From the NCBI GenBank assembly GCA_029779845.1, contig JAKOZT010000064.1, positions 334 through 64,333 of the forward strand: a stretch of DNA of 64,000 nt. Reading direction: 5' to 3'. This DNA comes from Pseudomonadota bacterium. Its GTDB lineage: Bacteria > Pseudomonadota > Gammaproteobacteria > Burkholderiales > Burkholderiaceae_C. The position numbers were made by a program, and so were the translations under genes. Below are positions 52,964 to 61,638 of the stretch, piece by piece. Below the pieces are notes generated by a model, which was not told where the DNA came from, made no database searches, and saw only the letters and a program-made list of their open reading frames with translations. Position 1 is the first letter of the stretch; each line of letters begins with the position of its first letter.

Positions 52964-53624
52964 GCCGGCCGCCGACCCGCGCCTGCTGCCGCTGCTGCTG
53001 ACCGCGGTGGAAGCGGCGGCGACGATCGCCTTCGCGCTCTCGGGCCTGCTCGAAGCGGCGCGCAAGCGGCTCGATGCCGTCGGCGTGTGCGTGGTCGCCG
53101 GGCTGGCGGCCTTCGGCGGCGGCACGCTGCGCGACGTGCTGCTCGATCGCCGGCCGTTCTTCTGGGTCGAGCACGCCGCCTGGCTGTGGGTGCTGCTGGG
53201 CCTGTGCATCGCCGCGATGGCGGTGCTGCGCGCGCGCCACTTCGCGCCCACAGAGCGCGCGATGCAGTGGCCCGATGCGCTCGGCCTCGGCCTCTTCGCC
53301 GCCGGCGGCACGCAGATCGCGCTGGCGCAGGGGCTGCCGTCCATCGTCGCGGTGCTGATGGGCGTGGTCACCGCCACCTTCGGCGGCGTGCTGCGCGACA
53401 TCGTCTGCAACCAGATCCCCAGCGCGTTCAGCGACCACCGCCCCTACGCGGTGTGCGCCTTCGCCGGCGGCTGGGTGCTGGTGGGCGCGCTCGCGCTCGG
53501 GTTGCCCGACGGCAGCGCGCTGCTGCTCGGCGCCGGCAGCGCCACGGGCTTGCGGGCGCTGGCGTTGTGGGCCGATCTGAAGCTGCCGCAGTGGTCGTCG
53601 GGCGACGACGCGCCGCGCGGCTGA
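52956..53624 (+). CDS. TRIC (UPF0126/YadS) family cation channel
   Basis: GTG start at 52956 overlaps the upstream gene by 8 nt. Duplicated motif GGGTLRDVLL / FGGVLRDIVC in a 7-TM layout. Confidence 0.8.
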   Translation: MAEPAADPRLLPLLLTAVEAAATIAFALSGLLEAARKRLDAVGVCVVAGLAAFGGGTLRDVLLDRRPFFWVEHAAWLWVLLGLCIAAMAVLRARHFAPTERAMQWPDALGLGLFAAGGTQIALAQGLPSIVAVLMGVVTATFGGVLRDIVCNQIPSAFSDHRPYAVCAFAGGWVLVGALALGLPDGSALLLGAGSATGLRALALWADLKLPQWSSGDDAPRG

Positions 53625-53674
53625 GCCACATCGTGTTGCAAGGGCAGGCGCGAAGCACGCTAGGCTGAGAGGCT

Positions 53675-54361
53675 ATGTGGGGAAACAACAAACCTGTCGT
53701 GCTCTCGTATGGCCGGCCGCGCTCGCGCTGGTCGCTGCCGCCCTGGCTGGTGCTGCTGATCGTCGGCGCGGCCGCCGGCGTGGCCGGCGTGATCTACGTG
53801 CAGGAGAAGCACCTGCCGCCGCGCCTGTCGGCCGCCGAATCGTCGGAGCTGCGCAGCGCCTTCGAGCAGGCCGATGCCGAGCGCAGGCAGCTCAAGGCCG
53901 ACCTCGACGCCACCACGCGCAAGCTGCAGGCCGCGCAGGGCGACGCCAAGAAGGCGGCCGACGATCTCGCCGCCGGCCGCAGCGGCAGCGAGAAGCTGCG
54001 CCAGGACCTGGACTTCGCCGTCGACGCGCTGCCGCCCGATCCGCGCGGCGGTTCGGTCGAGGTGCGCGCCGGGCGCCTGCAGCGCAGGGGTTCGAGTCTC
54101 GCCTATGAAGTGGCGCTGACGCGCGGCGCGGGCGCGAAGCCGATGAATGCCGTCCTGCAGATCGCCGTCAGCGGGCAGGGCGGCAGCGGCGCGGAGACGC
54201 GCGTGGTCGGCAAGCCGGTGCCGCTGTCGATCGGCGCTTACGAAATCGCGCGCGGCACGCTGGCCTTGCCGGAGGGCTTTCGCGCCGGGCAGGCGACGAT
54301 CAGCGTGCTCGACCGGCCCGATGGCCGCCAGCTCGGCATGCGCGTTCTCTACGTGAAGTGA
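53675..54361 (+). CDS. hypothetical membrane-anchored coiled-coil protein, 228 aa
   Basis: Complete track ORF. TM helix WLVLLIVGAAAGVAGVIYV, followed by a coiled-coil-like segment (AERRQLKADLDATTRKLQAAQGDAKKAADDL). Confidence 0.6.
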   Translation: MWGNNKPVVLSYGRPRSRWSLPPWLVLLIVGAAAGVAGVIYVQEKHLPPRLSAAESSELRSAFEQADAERRQLKADLDATTRKLQAAQGDAKKAADDLAAGRSGSEKLRQDLDFAVDALPPDPRGGSVEVRAGRLQRRGSSLAYEVALTRGAGAKPMNAVLQIAVSGQGGSGAETRVVGKPVPLSIGAYEIARGTLALPEGFRAGQATISVLDRPDGRQLGMRVLYVK

Positions 54362-54377
54362 AGTAGGCTTGCGCGCG

Positions 54378-55487
54378 ATGCGCATCGCCGAGCTTCGCCA
54401 CCGCCTGCGCGCCCTGGGCGCGAACCCGCAGCACGAGGAGCGCGTGCTGCGCCTGTGGGCGAACGCGCTGCCGCAGACGCACGGCCGGCGCCGCATCGAG
54501 GACTGGCTGCCGCTGGCGCTGCGCGAGGCGCTGCCCGCGCTCGAAGCCGAGTTGGCCGCGCTCGCCACGCTGCGCTCGGCGCACGACGGCGAAGACGGTT
54601 CCGAGCGATTGCTGGTGTCGCTCGCCGACGGCCAGACGGTGGAAGCCGTGCTGCTGCCGCGCGAGGGCCTGTGCGTCTCGACGCAGGCCGGCTGCGCGGT
54701 CGGCTGCGTGTTCTGCATGACCGGGCGCGACGGGCTGATCCGCCAGCTGGCGAGCGCCGAGATCGTCGCGCAGGTGGCGCTGGCACGGCGCCGCCGCGCC
54801 TTGCGCAAGGTGGTGTTCATGGGCATGGGCGAGCCGGCGCACAACCTCGACGCGGTGCTCGAGGCGATCGACCTGCTCGGCACGGCCGGCGGCATCGCGC
54901 ACAAGCAGCTGGTGTTCTCGACGGTGGGCGATGCGCGTGTCTTCGAGCGGCTGCCGCAGGGGCGCGTCAAGCCGGCGCTGGCCTTGTCGCTGCACACCAC
55001 CAAGGCGGCGCTGCGCGCGCAACTGCTGCCGCGCGCGCCGCGCTTCGAGCCAGCCGAGCTGATCGAGGCCGGCGAGCGCTATGCCCGCGCCACCGGCTAC
55101 CCGATCCAGTACCAGTGGACGCTGATCGAAGGCGTCAACGACGGCGACGACGAGGTCGAGGCGCTGGTCGGGCTGCTGAAGGGCCGCTACGCGATCATGA
55201 ACATGATCCCGTTCAACGCGATCGACGGCCTCGGTTTCCGCCGCCCGTCGGCGGAACGCGCGGCGCAGATCATGCGGATGCTCAATCGCCGCGGCGTGCT
55301 GGCGCGGCTGCGCCAGTCGGCGGGGCAGGACGTGGATGCCGGCTGCGGGCAGCTGCGTGCGCGCGAGCTGGGCAAGGGTCCCGTTCGGGCTGAGCCTGTC
55401 GAAGCCCCGGTCGAGGTGCAGCGCCAGGTTCTTCGACGGGCTCAGGGCGAACGCAAGCCTGCGTCGTATCAGGCCGGCAGCGTGTAG
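54378..55487 (+). CDS. RlmN/Cfr family radical SAM rRNA/tRNA methyltransferase, with REP-encoded C-terminal tail
   Basis: Track ORF begins at TTG 54369; ATG at 54378 (MRIAELRHRLRALG). Radical SAM cluster CAVGCVFCMTG. Motifs FMGMGEPAHNL, LIEGVNDGDDE, and the second catalytic Cys in DAGCGQL. The last ~35 codons are read from the repeat at 55381-55453. Confidence 0.8.
   Translation: MRIAELRHRLRALGANPQHEERVLRLWANALPQTHGRRRIEDWLPLALREALPALEAELAALATLRSAHDGEDGSERLLVSLADGQTVEAVLLPREGLCVSTQAGCAVGCVFCMTGRDGLIRQLASAEIVAQVALARRRRALRKVVFMGMGEPAHNLDAVLEAIDLLGTAGGIAHKQLVFSTVGDARVFERLPQGRVKPALALSLHTTKAALRAQLLPRAPRFEPAELIEAGERYARATGYPIQYQWTLIEGVNDGDDEVEALVGLLKGRYAIMNMIPFNAIDGLGFRRPSAERAAQIMRMLNRRGVLARLRQSAGQDVDAGCGQLRARELGKGPVRAEPVEAPVEVQRQVLRRAQGERKPASYQAGSV
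55381..55453. repeat. REP-like inverted repeat (same family as 13401-13571)
   Basis: CCGTTCGGGCTGAGCCTGTCGAAG (55381-55404) and CTTCGACGGGCTCAGGGCGAACG (55431-55453) are near-perfect reverse complements. The element sits at the junction of two convergent genes. Confidence 0.8.
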
Positions 55488-57754
55488 CGCGTCGCCGGGC
55501 CCTTGCCGGTCTGCACCAGCAGGCCGCGCGCGGCCAGCGTCACGAGGTGCTTGGAGGCGGTGGCGGGGCTCAGCTCGCACAGCTGCGCATAACCGCTCTT
55601 GTTCAGCGAGCCGGCTTCCAGCAGCCGCGCCAGCACGGCCTGGCAGCGCTGCGCATTGATCAGGTCGGCGCTCGCCTCGCGCCAGGCGCCGGCGAGCTTC
55701 TGCTCGCGCGTCAGCTCGCGCTCGAAGGTGCGGCGCAGCGTGTCCATCTCTTCGGTGAAGCCGCCGCCCAGCGCATGGCGGCCGATCAGCGCCAGCGCGG
55801 CCTCGCGCTCCTTCATCGCGATGGCGAGGTAGGCGCGCGCGATCGCCAGGTGCGCGCGCACGTGCTCGCCCGGCGCGCCGGGCAGCGCGAGCAGCTCGCG
55901 CTGATGCTGCACCTCGGCGATCTCGGCGTAGTGCGTGGCGGCCTCGGAAGACAGCATGCGGTCGCGCGCGCGGTCTTCGGCGGGGCCGAGGATGTCGCGC
56001 TTCAGGCGCTTGGTGGCCTCGGCGTGGGTCGGGTCGCTCTCGTGCGGCCAGATCGCCGTCGCGGCGGCGGCGTGCATGTCACCGCGCTGTTCGTCGAGCT
56101 TGTCGCCCGATTGCTTGAACTGCAGGTAGGCGACTTCGGCGAGGTTGTAGTGCGCCCGCCCCGCGAGGCTGTGCAGGTGGTGGCGCATCGCGATCGCGAG
56201 CGCTGCTTCGTACTCACGCCGTGCGCTGGCAAAGTCGGACTGCCAGAACCACGCTACGCCCAGGTTCATGTGCGTGCTGGCGAGGATCTCGGGCTCCACC
56301 GTCATCGTTTCGGCCAGCGCCAGCACGCGCTGCGCATAGCCGCGCGCGCGCGCGAAGTCCTTCGCCTCGCCGTAGATCAGACTCAGGTTGCCGTAGGTCT
56401 TCAGGATGGCCTGGCGGTCGTCGATGCGCTCGTACAGCAGCAGCGCGCGGTGCTTGTGCTCGAGCGCGCGCGGCAGGTCGCCAGCGCGGCGCAGGCACTC
56501 ACCCCAGGTCTGCTCGAGCATCGCCAGTGTCGCGGGCGAGAGCACATAGCGGCCCGCCACCGCCTGCGCGCGCTCCAGCAGCGAGAGCGCGCGCGGGTCG
56601 TTGCGCAGCGCGTACAGCCAGGCCAGGCGCACCAGCGTCGCCACGTACTCCTCGATCACCTCGACGGCCGCGCCCGCCTCGTCGCCCAGGCCGCAGCGGC
56701 GCAGGTGCTCGACGCTGTCCTGGTAGTAGGCGAAGGCGCGGTCCAGGTCGCGCGGCTCGTGGAACTTGCCGAGCGCGCCGTAGACGATGCCCAGCAGCAG
56801 CGTGTCGTCGGCCTCGGCGGCCAGCCGCAGCGCCTGCTCCTGGCGCGCCTGCTCGCCGGCCGCGTCGCCGCGCATGCGCGCCAGCGCGGCGCGCGCCAGC
56901 TGCAGCTCGAAGCGCTCGCGGGTGTTCGCGGCCGTGGCCTCCACCGCGTCGGCGATGGCTTCCGTCTCGACTTCGTTGGCCAGCTCGACGCTGTGGCGTT
57001 GCAGCGTGCGCGTCACGCCGGCGGTGTCGCCGGCCTGCGCGAAGTGCCACAGCGCGGCCAGGCTGTCGCCCGCCACCTGCGCCGCCGCGGCGCGGCGCGT
57101 GTGCCACGCGGCGCGCGCCTCGGCCGTGACCAGGGCGCAGCGCGCCGCCGCGTGCCCGCCGGCCAGGGCGCGCAGCGCCAGGCGCTGCTCGGCGCTCGCC
57201 GGCACGCCGCGCAGGCACTGCGCCAGCGCGCGCTTGCCCTTGTCGAGGTAGCGGTAGTAGGTGCTGGCGCCCACCGACCACAGCCCGCAGAGCTGGCTCG
57301 CCGCGGCCTCGTCGGCATGGCCGCGGTAGCGCTCGCGGAAGGCCGGCACCGCGACGAAGCCGAGCTGGCAGGCCAGCGCCAGCACCGGCCGCCAGCTGGT
57401 GCGATCCAGCCAGGCGTCGCGTGCGATCGGCTCGGCCAACGCGGCGCGGTCCGGGCGCAGCTGGCCCACCGCCCAGCGCAGCAGCAGATCGACCGCCGCC
57501 GCCGGGTGCGCGGCATCCAGTGTCCCGCCGGCCGCGCCCTGCAAGGGGCCCAGCCAATGGCACGTCAGCCAGCGTGCGATGCGGCGGTGCCGGCGCAGCC
57601 AGTCCTCCAGCGCGCCCGCGCGCACGGCGGCCAGCAGGCTCTCGACCGCCGCCTCGGCCACCGGCTGGGGCGGCTGGCGCGGCGCGGCAAAAGTGTTAAC
57701 AGGTGTTTCCATCGCAGATGGGAATCGTCTCACGATCGTCTCGTCGATGGCCAT
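55469..57754 (-). CDS. TPR-repeat regulator with C-terminal winged-helix DNA-binding domain
   Basis: Distal part of track ORF 55469..57904. Start at ATG 57754 (MAIDETIV) or ATG 57712 (METPVNTF); neither has a clear SD. TPR-like repeats (AFAYYQDSVEHL, ALEHKHRALLLYERI, ARGYAQRVLALAE, AEVAYLQFKQSGD). C-terminus is SGYAQLCELSPATASKHLVTLAARGLLVQTGKGPATRYTL. Confidence 0.7.
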   Translation of the reverse strand: MAIDETIVRRFPSAMETPVNTFAAPRQPPQPVAEAAVESLLAAVRAGALEDWLRRHRRIARWLTCHWLGPLQGAAGGTLDAAHPAAAVDLLLRWAVGQLRPDRAALAEPIARDAWLDRTSWRPVLALACQLGFVAVPAFRERYRGHADEAAASQLCGLWSVGASTYYRYLDKGKRALAQCLRGVPASAEQRLALRALAGGHAAARCALVTAEARAAWHTRRAAAAQVAGDSLAALWHFAQAGDTAGVTRTLQRHSVELANEVETEAIADAVEATAANTRERFELQLARAALARMRGDAAGEQARQEQALRLAAEADDTLLLGIVYGALGKFHEPRDLDRAFAYYQDSVEHLRRCGLGDEAGAAVEVIEEYVATLVRLAWLYALRNDPRALSLLERAQAVAGRYVLSPATLAMLEQTWGECLRRAGDLPRALEHKHRALLLYERIDDRQAILKTYGNLSLIYGEAKDFARARGYAQRVLALAETMTVEPEILASTHMNLGVAWFWQSDFASARREYEAALAIAMRHHLHSLAGRAHYNLAEVAYLQFKQSGDKLDEQRGDMHAAAATAIWPHESDPTHAEATKRLKRDILGPAEDRARDRMLSSEAATHYAEIAEVQHQRELLALPGAPGEHVRAHLAIARAYLAIAMKEREAALALIGRHALGGGFTEEMDTLRRTFERELTREQKLAGAWREASADLINAQRCQAVLARLLEAGSLNKSGYAQLCELSPATASKHLVTLAARGLLVQTGKGPATRYTLPA

Positions 57755-57854
57755 CCCACCGAAGGACGAATGCCTGTGAATGGGAGCTTGGCGGGCGTAA
57801 CGTCCGTTCACCGTGCACGCGAGGGCGTCGCGGCCCTGACCAGGAGGAATCACC

Positions 57855-59468
57855 ATGACTTTGCCGCGACTCGTGCCGGACAAGCCCGACACAACGCCCC
57901 TCACCGACAGTGTGCTGTTCGCCGTCTACGCGCCCTTCGGCAGCGACGAGACGCTGTCCACCTATCCCGAGGGCAGTTCGCAGACGCTGGCCCAGCACCC
58001 ACTGGTGCAGGGGCTGATGAAGGTGGCGGCGCAGGGCATCCACGTGGCCGCGCTGGTCGACCGCGCAGGCGACGACACCTGGCTGATCGAGATCGAAGCC
58101 GGCAAGCCGGCCGAGGCACGCATCACCTCGCGCTGGAAGCAGGACATGGCCGCGCCGGCCAACCTGGCCGGCTTCCTGCGCCACGCACACCAGAGCCGGC
58201 CGACGGCGGCGATCGTGCTGGCGCTGGAAGGCCACGGCGCCGGCTACCTGCCGGAGATCGACCGGCGCCAGCTCAGCCTCGCCAACCTGACCGACAACGG
58301 CCGCTTCGAATGGCGCATGGGCGCTTCCGGTGGCGCGCCGGTGTTGCCCACCGGATCGCCGCTGTTGCCGACCGGCTCGCCGCTCCTGCCGACGGGCTCG
58401 CCCTTGCTGCCCACCGGTTCGCCGCTGCTGCCCACCAACCACATGCCCCTGTCCACCTGGGGCCTGGGCGCGGCGCTGAAGGCGGCGCTCGACGCCGGTG
58501 TTCCCAAGCTCTCGGTGATCCACTTCGACAACTGCTTCAACATGTCCGCCGAAGTGCTGCACACCGTGGCGCCCTACGCCGAGTACGCCACCGGCTACCC
58601 GAACTACAACTTCTTCACCGCCGGCGAGGGCTACCCGGGCGTGTTCGCGCCGCTGGCGCAGCAGGGCACATCCACCGCCAAGGAGCTGGCACACGCCTTC
58701 GCCAAGGGCAATCAGAAGATCCTCGAAGCCAAGGGCAACCACCCGACCATCGGCTGCACCGTGCGGCTCGAGCGCATGAAGGACGTCACCGAGCGCCTCG
58801 ACGACCTGGCCGACGCGCTGCTGGCCGCGCTGCGCACGCCGCCGCCGCACTCGCAGGCGCGCCAGCTGGTCGTGCAGGCGATCGGCAAGGCCATCCTCGA
58901 AGCGCAGCAGTACGACACCGAGGCCGGCTACCTGCTCGAGGCGCCCGACCAGCTCACCGACCTGGCGAGCTTCGCCGCCGCGCTGCTGAACCAGGACTTC
59001 CGCCCGCACCCGGTGCACGCCGCCGCCAAGGCGCTGCGCGACGCGCTGCAAGGCATCAAGGTCTATGGCAGCACCGACGAGCCCTGGGTCGCCGCGGGCA
59101 GCGGCATCGTGTGGGACTTCGCCTCCGACGCGCTGGCGATGAACATCTTCCTGCCCGACCCGCTGCTGCGCGGGCAGTGGGACTGGCGCTCGCCGTTCTA
59201 CCTCGACATCAACCCCGACCCGAACCAGCCGCGCGTGCAGCCGCACATCATCGACTTCGTGAAGGTCACCGACTGGGTCGACTTCATCATCGAGTACCAC
59301 AAGGAGAGCCGCGAATGGGTGCGGCTGCTGCCGGCGGCAATTCCCGAGCTCCCGGTCTTCAATGCCAGCTTCGACCCGAAGAAGGTGCCGCCGCCCGGCG
59401 GCCCCGGCAAGCCGCCGCGCAAGTGCCGCGGCCTGTACGGCGGCCCGGCCGGCAAGGCGGGTGCCTGA
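57855..59468 (+). CDS. clostripain-like (peptidase C11 family) cysteine peptidase homologue, 537 aa, no signal peptide
   Basis: AGGAGG at 57842-57847, then ATG at 57855. Candidate catalytic His in ALEGHGAGY and Cys in IHFDNCFNMS, compared with the clostripain GHG / FDAC pattern. A PTGSPLL x4 insert lies between them. Pro/Gly/Lys-rich tail. Confidence 0.65.
   Translation: MTLPRLVPDKPDTTPLTDSVLFAVYAPFGSDETLSTYPEGSSQTLAQHPLVQGLMKVAAQGIHVAALVDRAGDDTWLIEIEAGKPAEARITSRWKQDMAAPANLAGFLRHAHQSRPTAAIVLALEGHGAGYLPEIDRRQLSLANLTDNGRFEWRMGASGGAPVLPTGSPLLPTGSPLLPTGSPLLPTGSPLLPTNHMPLSTWGLGAALKAALDAGVPKLSVIHFDNCFNMSAEVLHTVAPYAEYATGYPNYNFFTAGEGYPGVFAPLAQQGTSTAKELAHAFAKGNQKILEAKGNHPTIGCTVRLERMKDVTERLDDLADALLAALRTPPPHSQARQLVVQAIGKAILEAQQYDTEAGYLLEAPDQLTDLASFAAALLNQDFRPHPVHAAAKALRDALQGIKVYGSTDEPWVAAGSGIVWDFASDALAMNIFLPDPLLRGQWDWRSPFYLDINPDPNQPRVQPHIIDFVKVTDWVDFIIEYHKESREWVRLLPAAIPELPVFNASFDPKKVPPPGGPGKPPRKCRGLYGGPAGKAGA
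58344..58436 (+). repeat. 21-bp in-frame tandem repeat, 4.4 units (LPTGSPL)n
   Basis: Units at 58344, 58365, 58386 and 58407, plus a partial unit at 58428. The peptide is identical in every unit, while the DNA differs at synonymous positions (ttgcccaccggatcgccgctg / ttgccgaccggctcgccgctc / ctgccgacgggctcgcccttg / ctgcccaccggttcgccgctg). Confidence 0.9.
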
Positions 59469-59600
59469 TCGTCTGAGCATCGTCGCGGCGCGCGACGCCA
59501 ATCACGCCTGAGCGGCGTCGCAATGGGAAGGGCGCTGGACTGCAATGGAGCCAGGACGACACGCAGGAGTCGTCCAGCCCTCAGCCCCAGGAGAGTCACC

Positions 59601-59840
59601 ATGATGAACACGCAACTGCTCCACGCCCTTCCCGCCGAACAGGCGCGCTGCCGCGAGCTGGCGCGCAAGTACGTGGCCATCGGCTCGGCCGGCGCCTTCG
59701 CCAGCGCGCTGATCGAGCACTCGCTGCGCCGCGCCGACCGCGCGGTGATCGACGGCGACGAAGCCGACATCCGCCGCGCGCTGGCCGAGCTGCAGGGCTA
59801 CGAAGGCACGCCGCGCGAACCTTTGCGCCTGGCCGCATGA
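59601..59840 (+). CDS. hypothetical small protein, 79 aa
   Basis: AGGAGAG at 59589-59595, then ATG at 59601 (MMNTQLLHALPAEQARCRELARKYVAIGS). Normal composition. Confidence 0.45.
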   Translation: MMNTQLLHALPAEQARCRELARKYVAIGSAGAFASALIEHSLRRADRAVIDGDEADIRRALAELQGYEGTPREPLRLAA

Positions 59841-59889
59841 GGCGGCCATCCGGGGCGTAGGATGAACGCCGAACCCCTGGAGGCCCCCG

Positions 59890-61107
59890 ATGAAATCCGG
59901 AAAGATCCTCGTCGCGCAAGGCGGCGGCCCGACCGCCGTGATCAACCAGTCGCTGGTCGGCGTGGCGCTCGAAGCGCGCCGCTTCGGTGAGGTCCGCAGG
60001 ATCTACGGCGCGCGCCACGGCGTGCGCGGCATCGTCGACGAGGACTTCGTCGACCTCACGCAGGAGACCAGCCACAACCTCGAGCTGGTGGCGAACACGC
60101 CGGCCTCGGCGCTGGGCTCCACGCGCGACAAGCCCGACCTGAAGTACTGCCGGGAGATCTTCGCGGTGCTGCGCGCGCACGAGATCGAGCACTTCTTCTA
60201 CATCGGCGGCAACGACTCGGCCGACACCGTGCGCATCGTCAGCGAGGAGGCCGCCAAGGCCGGCTACCCGCTGCGCTCCATCCACATCCCGAAGACCATC
60301 GACAACGACCTGGTCGGCTGCGACCACACGCCGGGCTTTCCCTCGGCGGCGCGCTTCGTCGCGCAGGCCTTCGCCGGCGCCAACCTCGACAACGCCGCGC
60401 TGCCGGGCGTCTACATCGCGGTGGTGATGGGGCGGCACGCCGGCTTCCTGACGGCCGCGTCGGCGCTGGGCAAGAAATTCCCCGACGACGGCCCGCACCT
60501 GATCTACCTGCCCGAGCGCACCTTCGTGCTGGAGAAGTTCCTCGCCGACGTGAAGGCCACCTACGAGCGCCACGGCCGCTGCGTGGTGGCGGTGTCCGAG
60601 GGCATCCACGATGCCAGCGGCGCGCCGATCGCCGCGCAACTGACCAAGGACCTGGAGCGCGACGCGCACGGCAACGTGCAGCTGTCCGGCAGCGGCGCAT
60701 TGGCCGACCTGCTGTGCGAGGAGATCAAGCGCCAGCTGAAGATCAAGCGCGTGCGCGGCGACACCTTCGGCTACGTGCAGCGCAGCTTCATCGGCTGCGT
60801 CAGCGACGTCGACCAGCGCGAGGCGCGCGAGGTCGGCGAGAAGGCGGTGCAGTACGCGATGTGGGGCCAGCGCGACGGCTCGGTGGCGATCAAGCGCACC
60901 GGCTTCTATTCGGTGGACTACGAGCTGGCGCCGCTGGCCGCCGTGGCCGGCAAGACGCGCACGATGGAAGACGCCTTCATCAGCGCCAGCGGCACCGACG
61001 TGACCGACGCCTTCCGGCTCTACCTGCGCCCGCTGCTCGGCTCGGGCATGCCGGATGCGTTCCGGCTGCGCACCCACCCGGTGGCCAAGGTGCTCAAGCG
61101 CGGCTGA
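59890..61107 (+). CDS. 6-phosphofructokinase family enzyme (likely PPi-dependent type)
   Basis: Complete track ORF. ILVAQGGGPTAVINQS, FFYIGGNDSADT, PKTIDNDL, MGRHAGFL. Confidence 0.85.
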   Translation: MKSGKILVAQGGGPTAVINQSLVGVALEARRFGEVRRIYGARHGVRGIVDEDFVDLTQETSHNLELVANTPASALGSTRDKPDLKYCREIFAVLRAHEIEHFFYIGGNDSADTVRIVSEEAAKAGYPLRSIHIPKTIDNDLVGCDHTPGFPSAARFVAQAFAGANLDNAALPGVYIAVVMGRHAGFLTAASALGKKFPDDGPHLIYLPERTFVLEKFLADVKATYERHGRCVVAVSEGIHDASGAPIAAQLTKDLERDAHGNVQLSGSGALADLLCEEIKRQLKIKRVRGDTFGYVQRSFIGCVSDVDQREAREVGEKAVQYAMWGQRDGSVAIKRTGFYSVDYELAPLAAVAGKTRTMEDAFISASGTDVTDAFRLYLRPLLGSGMPDAFRLRTHPVAKVLKRG

Positions 61108-61115
61108 AGGCGTTT

Positions 61116-61140
61116 CGCGCCGCGCAGGCGCGTTTCGTCG
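61116..61140 (+). terminator. weak hairpin plus T-tract after the pfk-family gene
   Basis: CGCGCC-gcgca-GGCGCG followed by TTTCGTCG. The stem is only 6 bp. Confidence 0.3.
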
Positions 61141-61211
61141 CAGCGCGCTCGCGGCGCGGGGGGGCGGCGCCGCACGATGACGGCATTCAGTCATCGCCGC
61201 AGGAGCCGACC

Positions 61212-61634
61212 ATGTACAAGGATCCCTCGCTCGCCAGCCTGGCGCCCGCCGTGCTGGTCCACCTCGTCTTCGCCAGCATCGCGCTGCTGCTGGGCCCGGT
61301 CGCGCTGTGGGCGCGCAAGGGCTCGCGCGGGCACCGCGCCTTCGGCTACGCCTGGGTGGCGGCGATGATCGGCGCGGCGCTGTCGGCCTTCCTGATCCGC
61401 AGCACCGGTGCGTTCCAGTGGGCCGGCTTCTCGCCGATCCACCTGCTGGCCGTGGCGGCGCTGGCCGGCGTGGGCGGCGCGATCTATGCGATCGCCAGGC
61501 GCAACGTCTCGGCGCACCGCAAGGCGATGCAACGCACCTACTTCGGCGCCTGCGTCGGCGCCGGGCTGTTCACGCTGCTGCCGGGCCGCTACCTCGGCGA
61601 CCTGCTGTGGCACCACGCGCTGGGCGTGATGTGA
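61212..61634 (+). CDS. DUF2306 family membrane protein, 140 aa
   Basis: AGGAG at 61201-61205, then ATG at 61212. Four TM helices. Pattern HLVFASIALLLGPVAL..GHRAFGYAWV..HRKAM. Confidence 0.65.
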   Translation: MYKDPSLASLAPAVLVHLVFASIALLLGPVALWARKGSRGHRAFGYAWVAAMIGAALSAFLIRSTGAFQWAGFSPIHLLAVAALAGVGGAIYAIARRNVSAHRKAMQRTYFGACVGAGLFTLLPGRYLGDLLWHHALGVM

Positions 61635-61638
61635 GCGG

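Noticed and set aside
58344-58436. Possible CRISPR-like array
   Set aside because: The units are contiguous 21-bp in-frame repeats without spacers, inside a well-supported CDS. This is a coding tandem repeat, not a CRISPR array.
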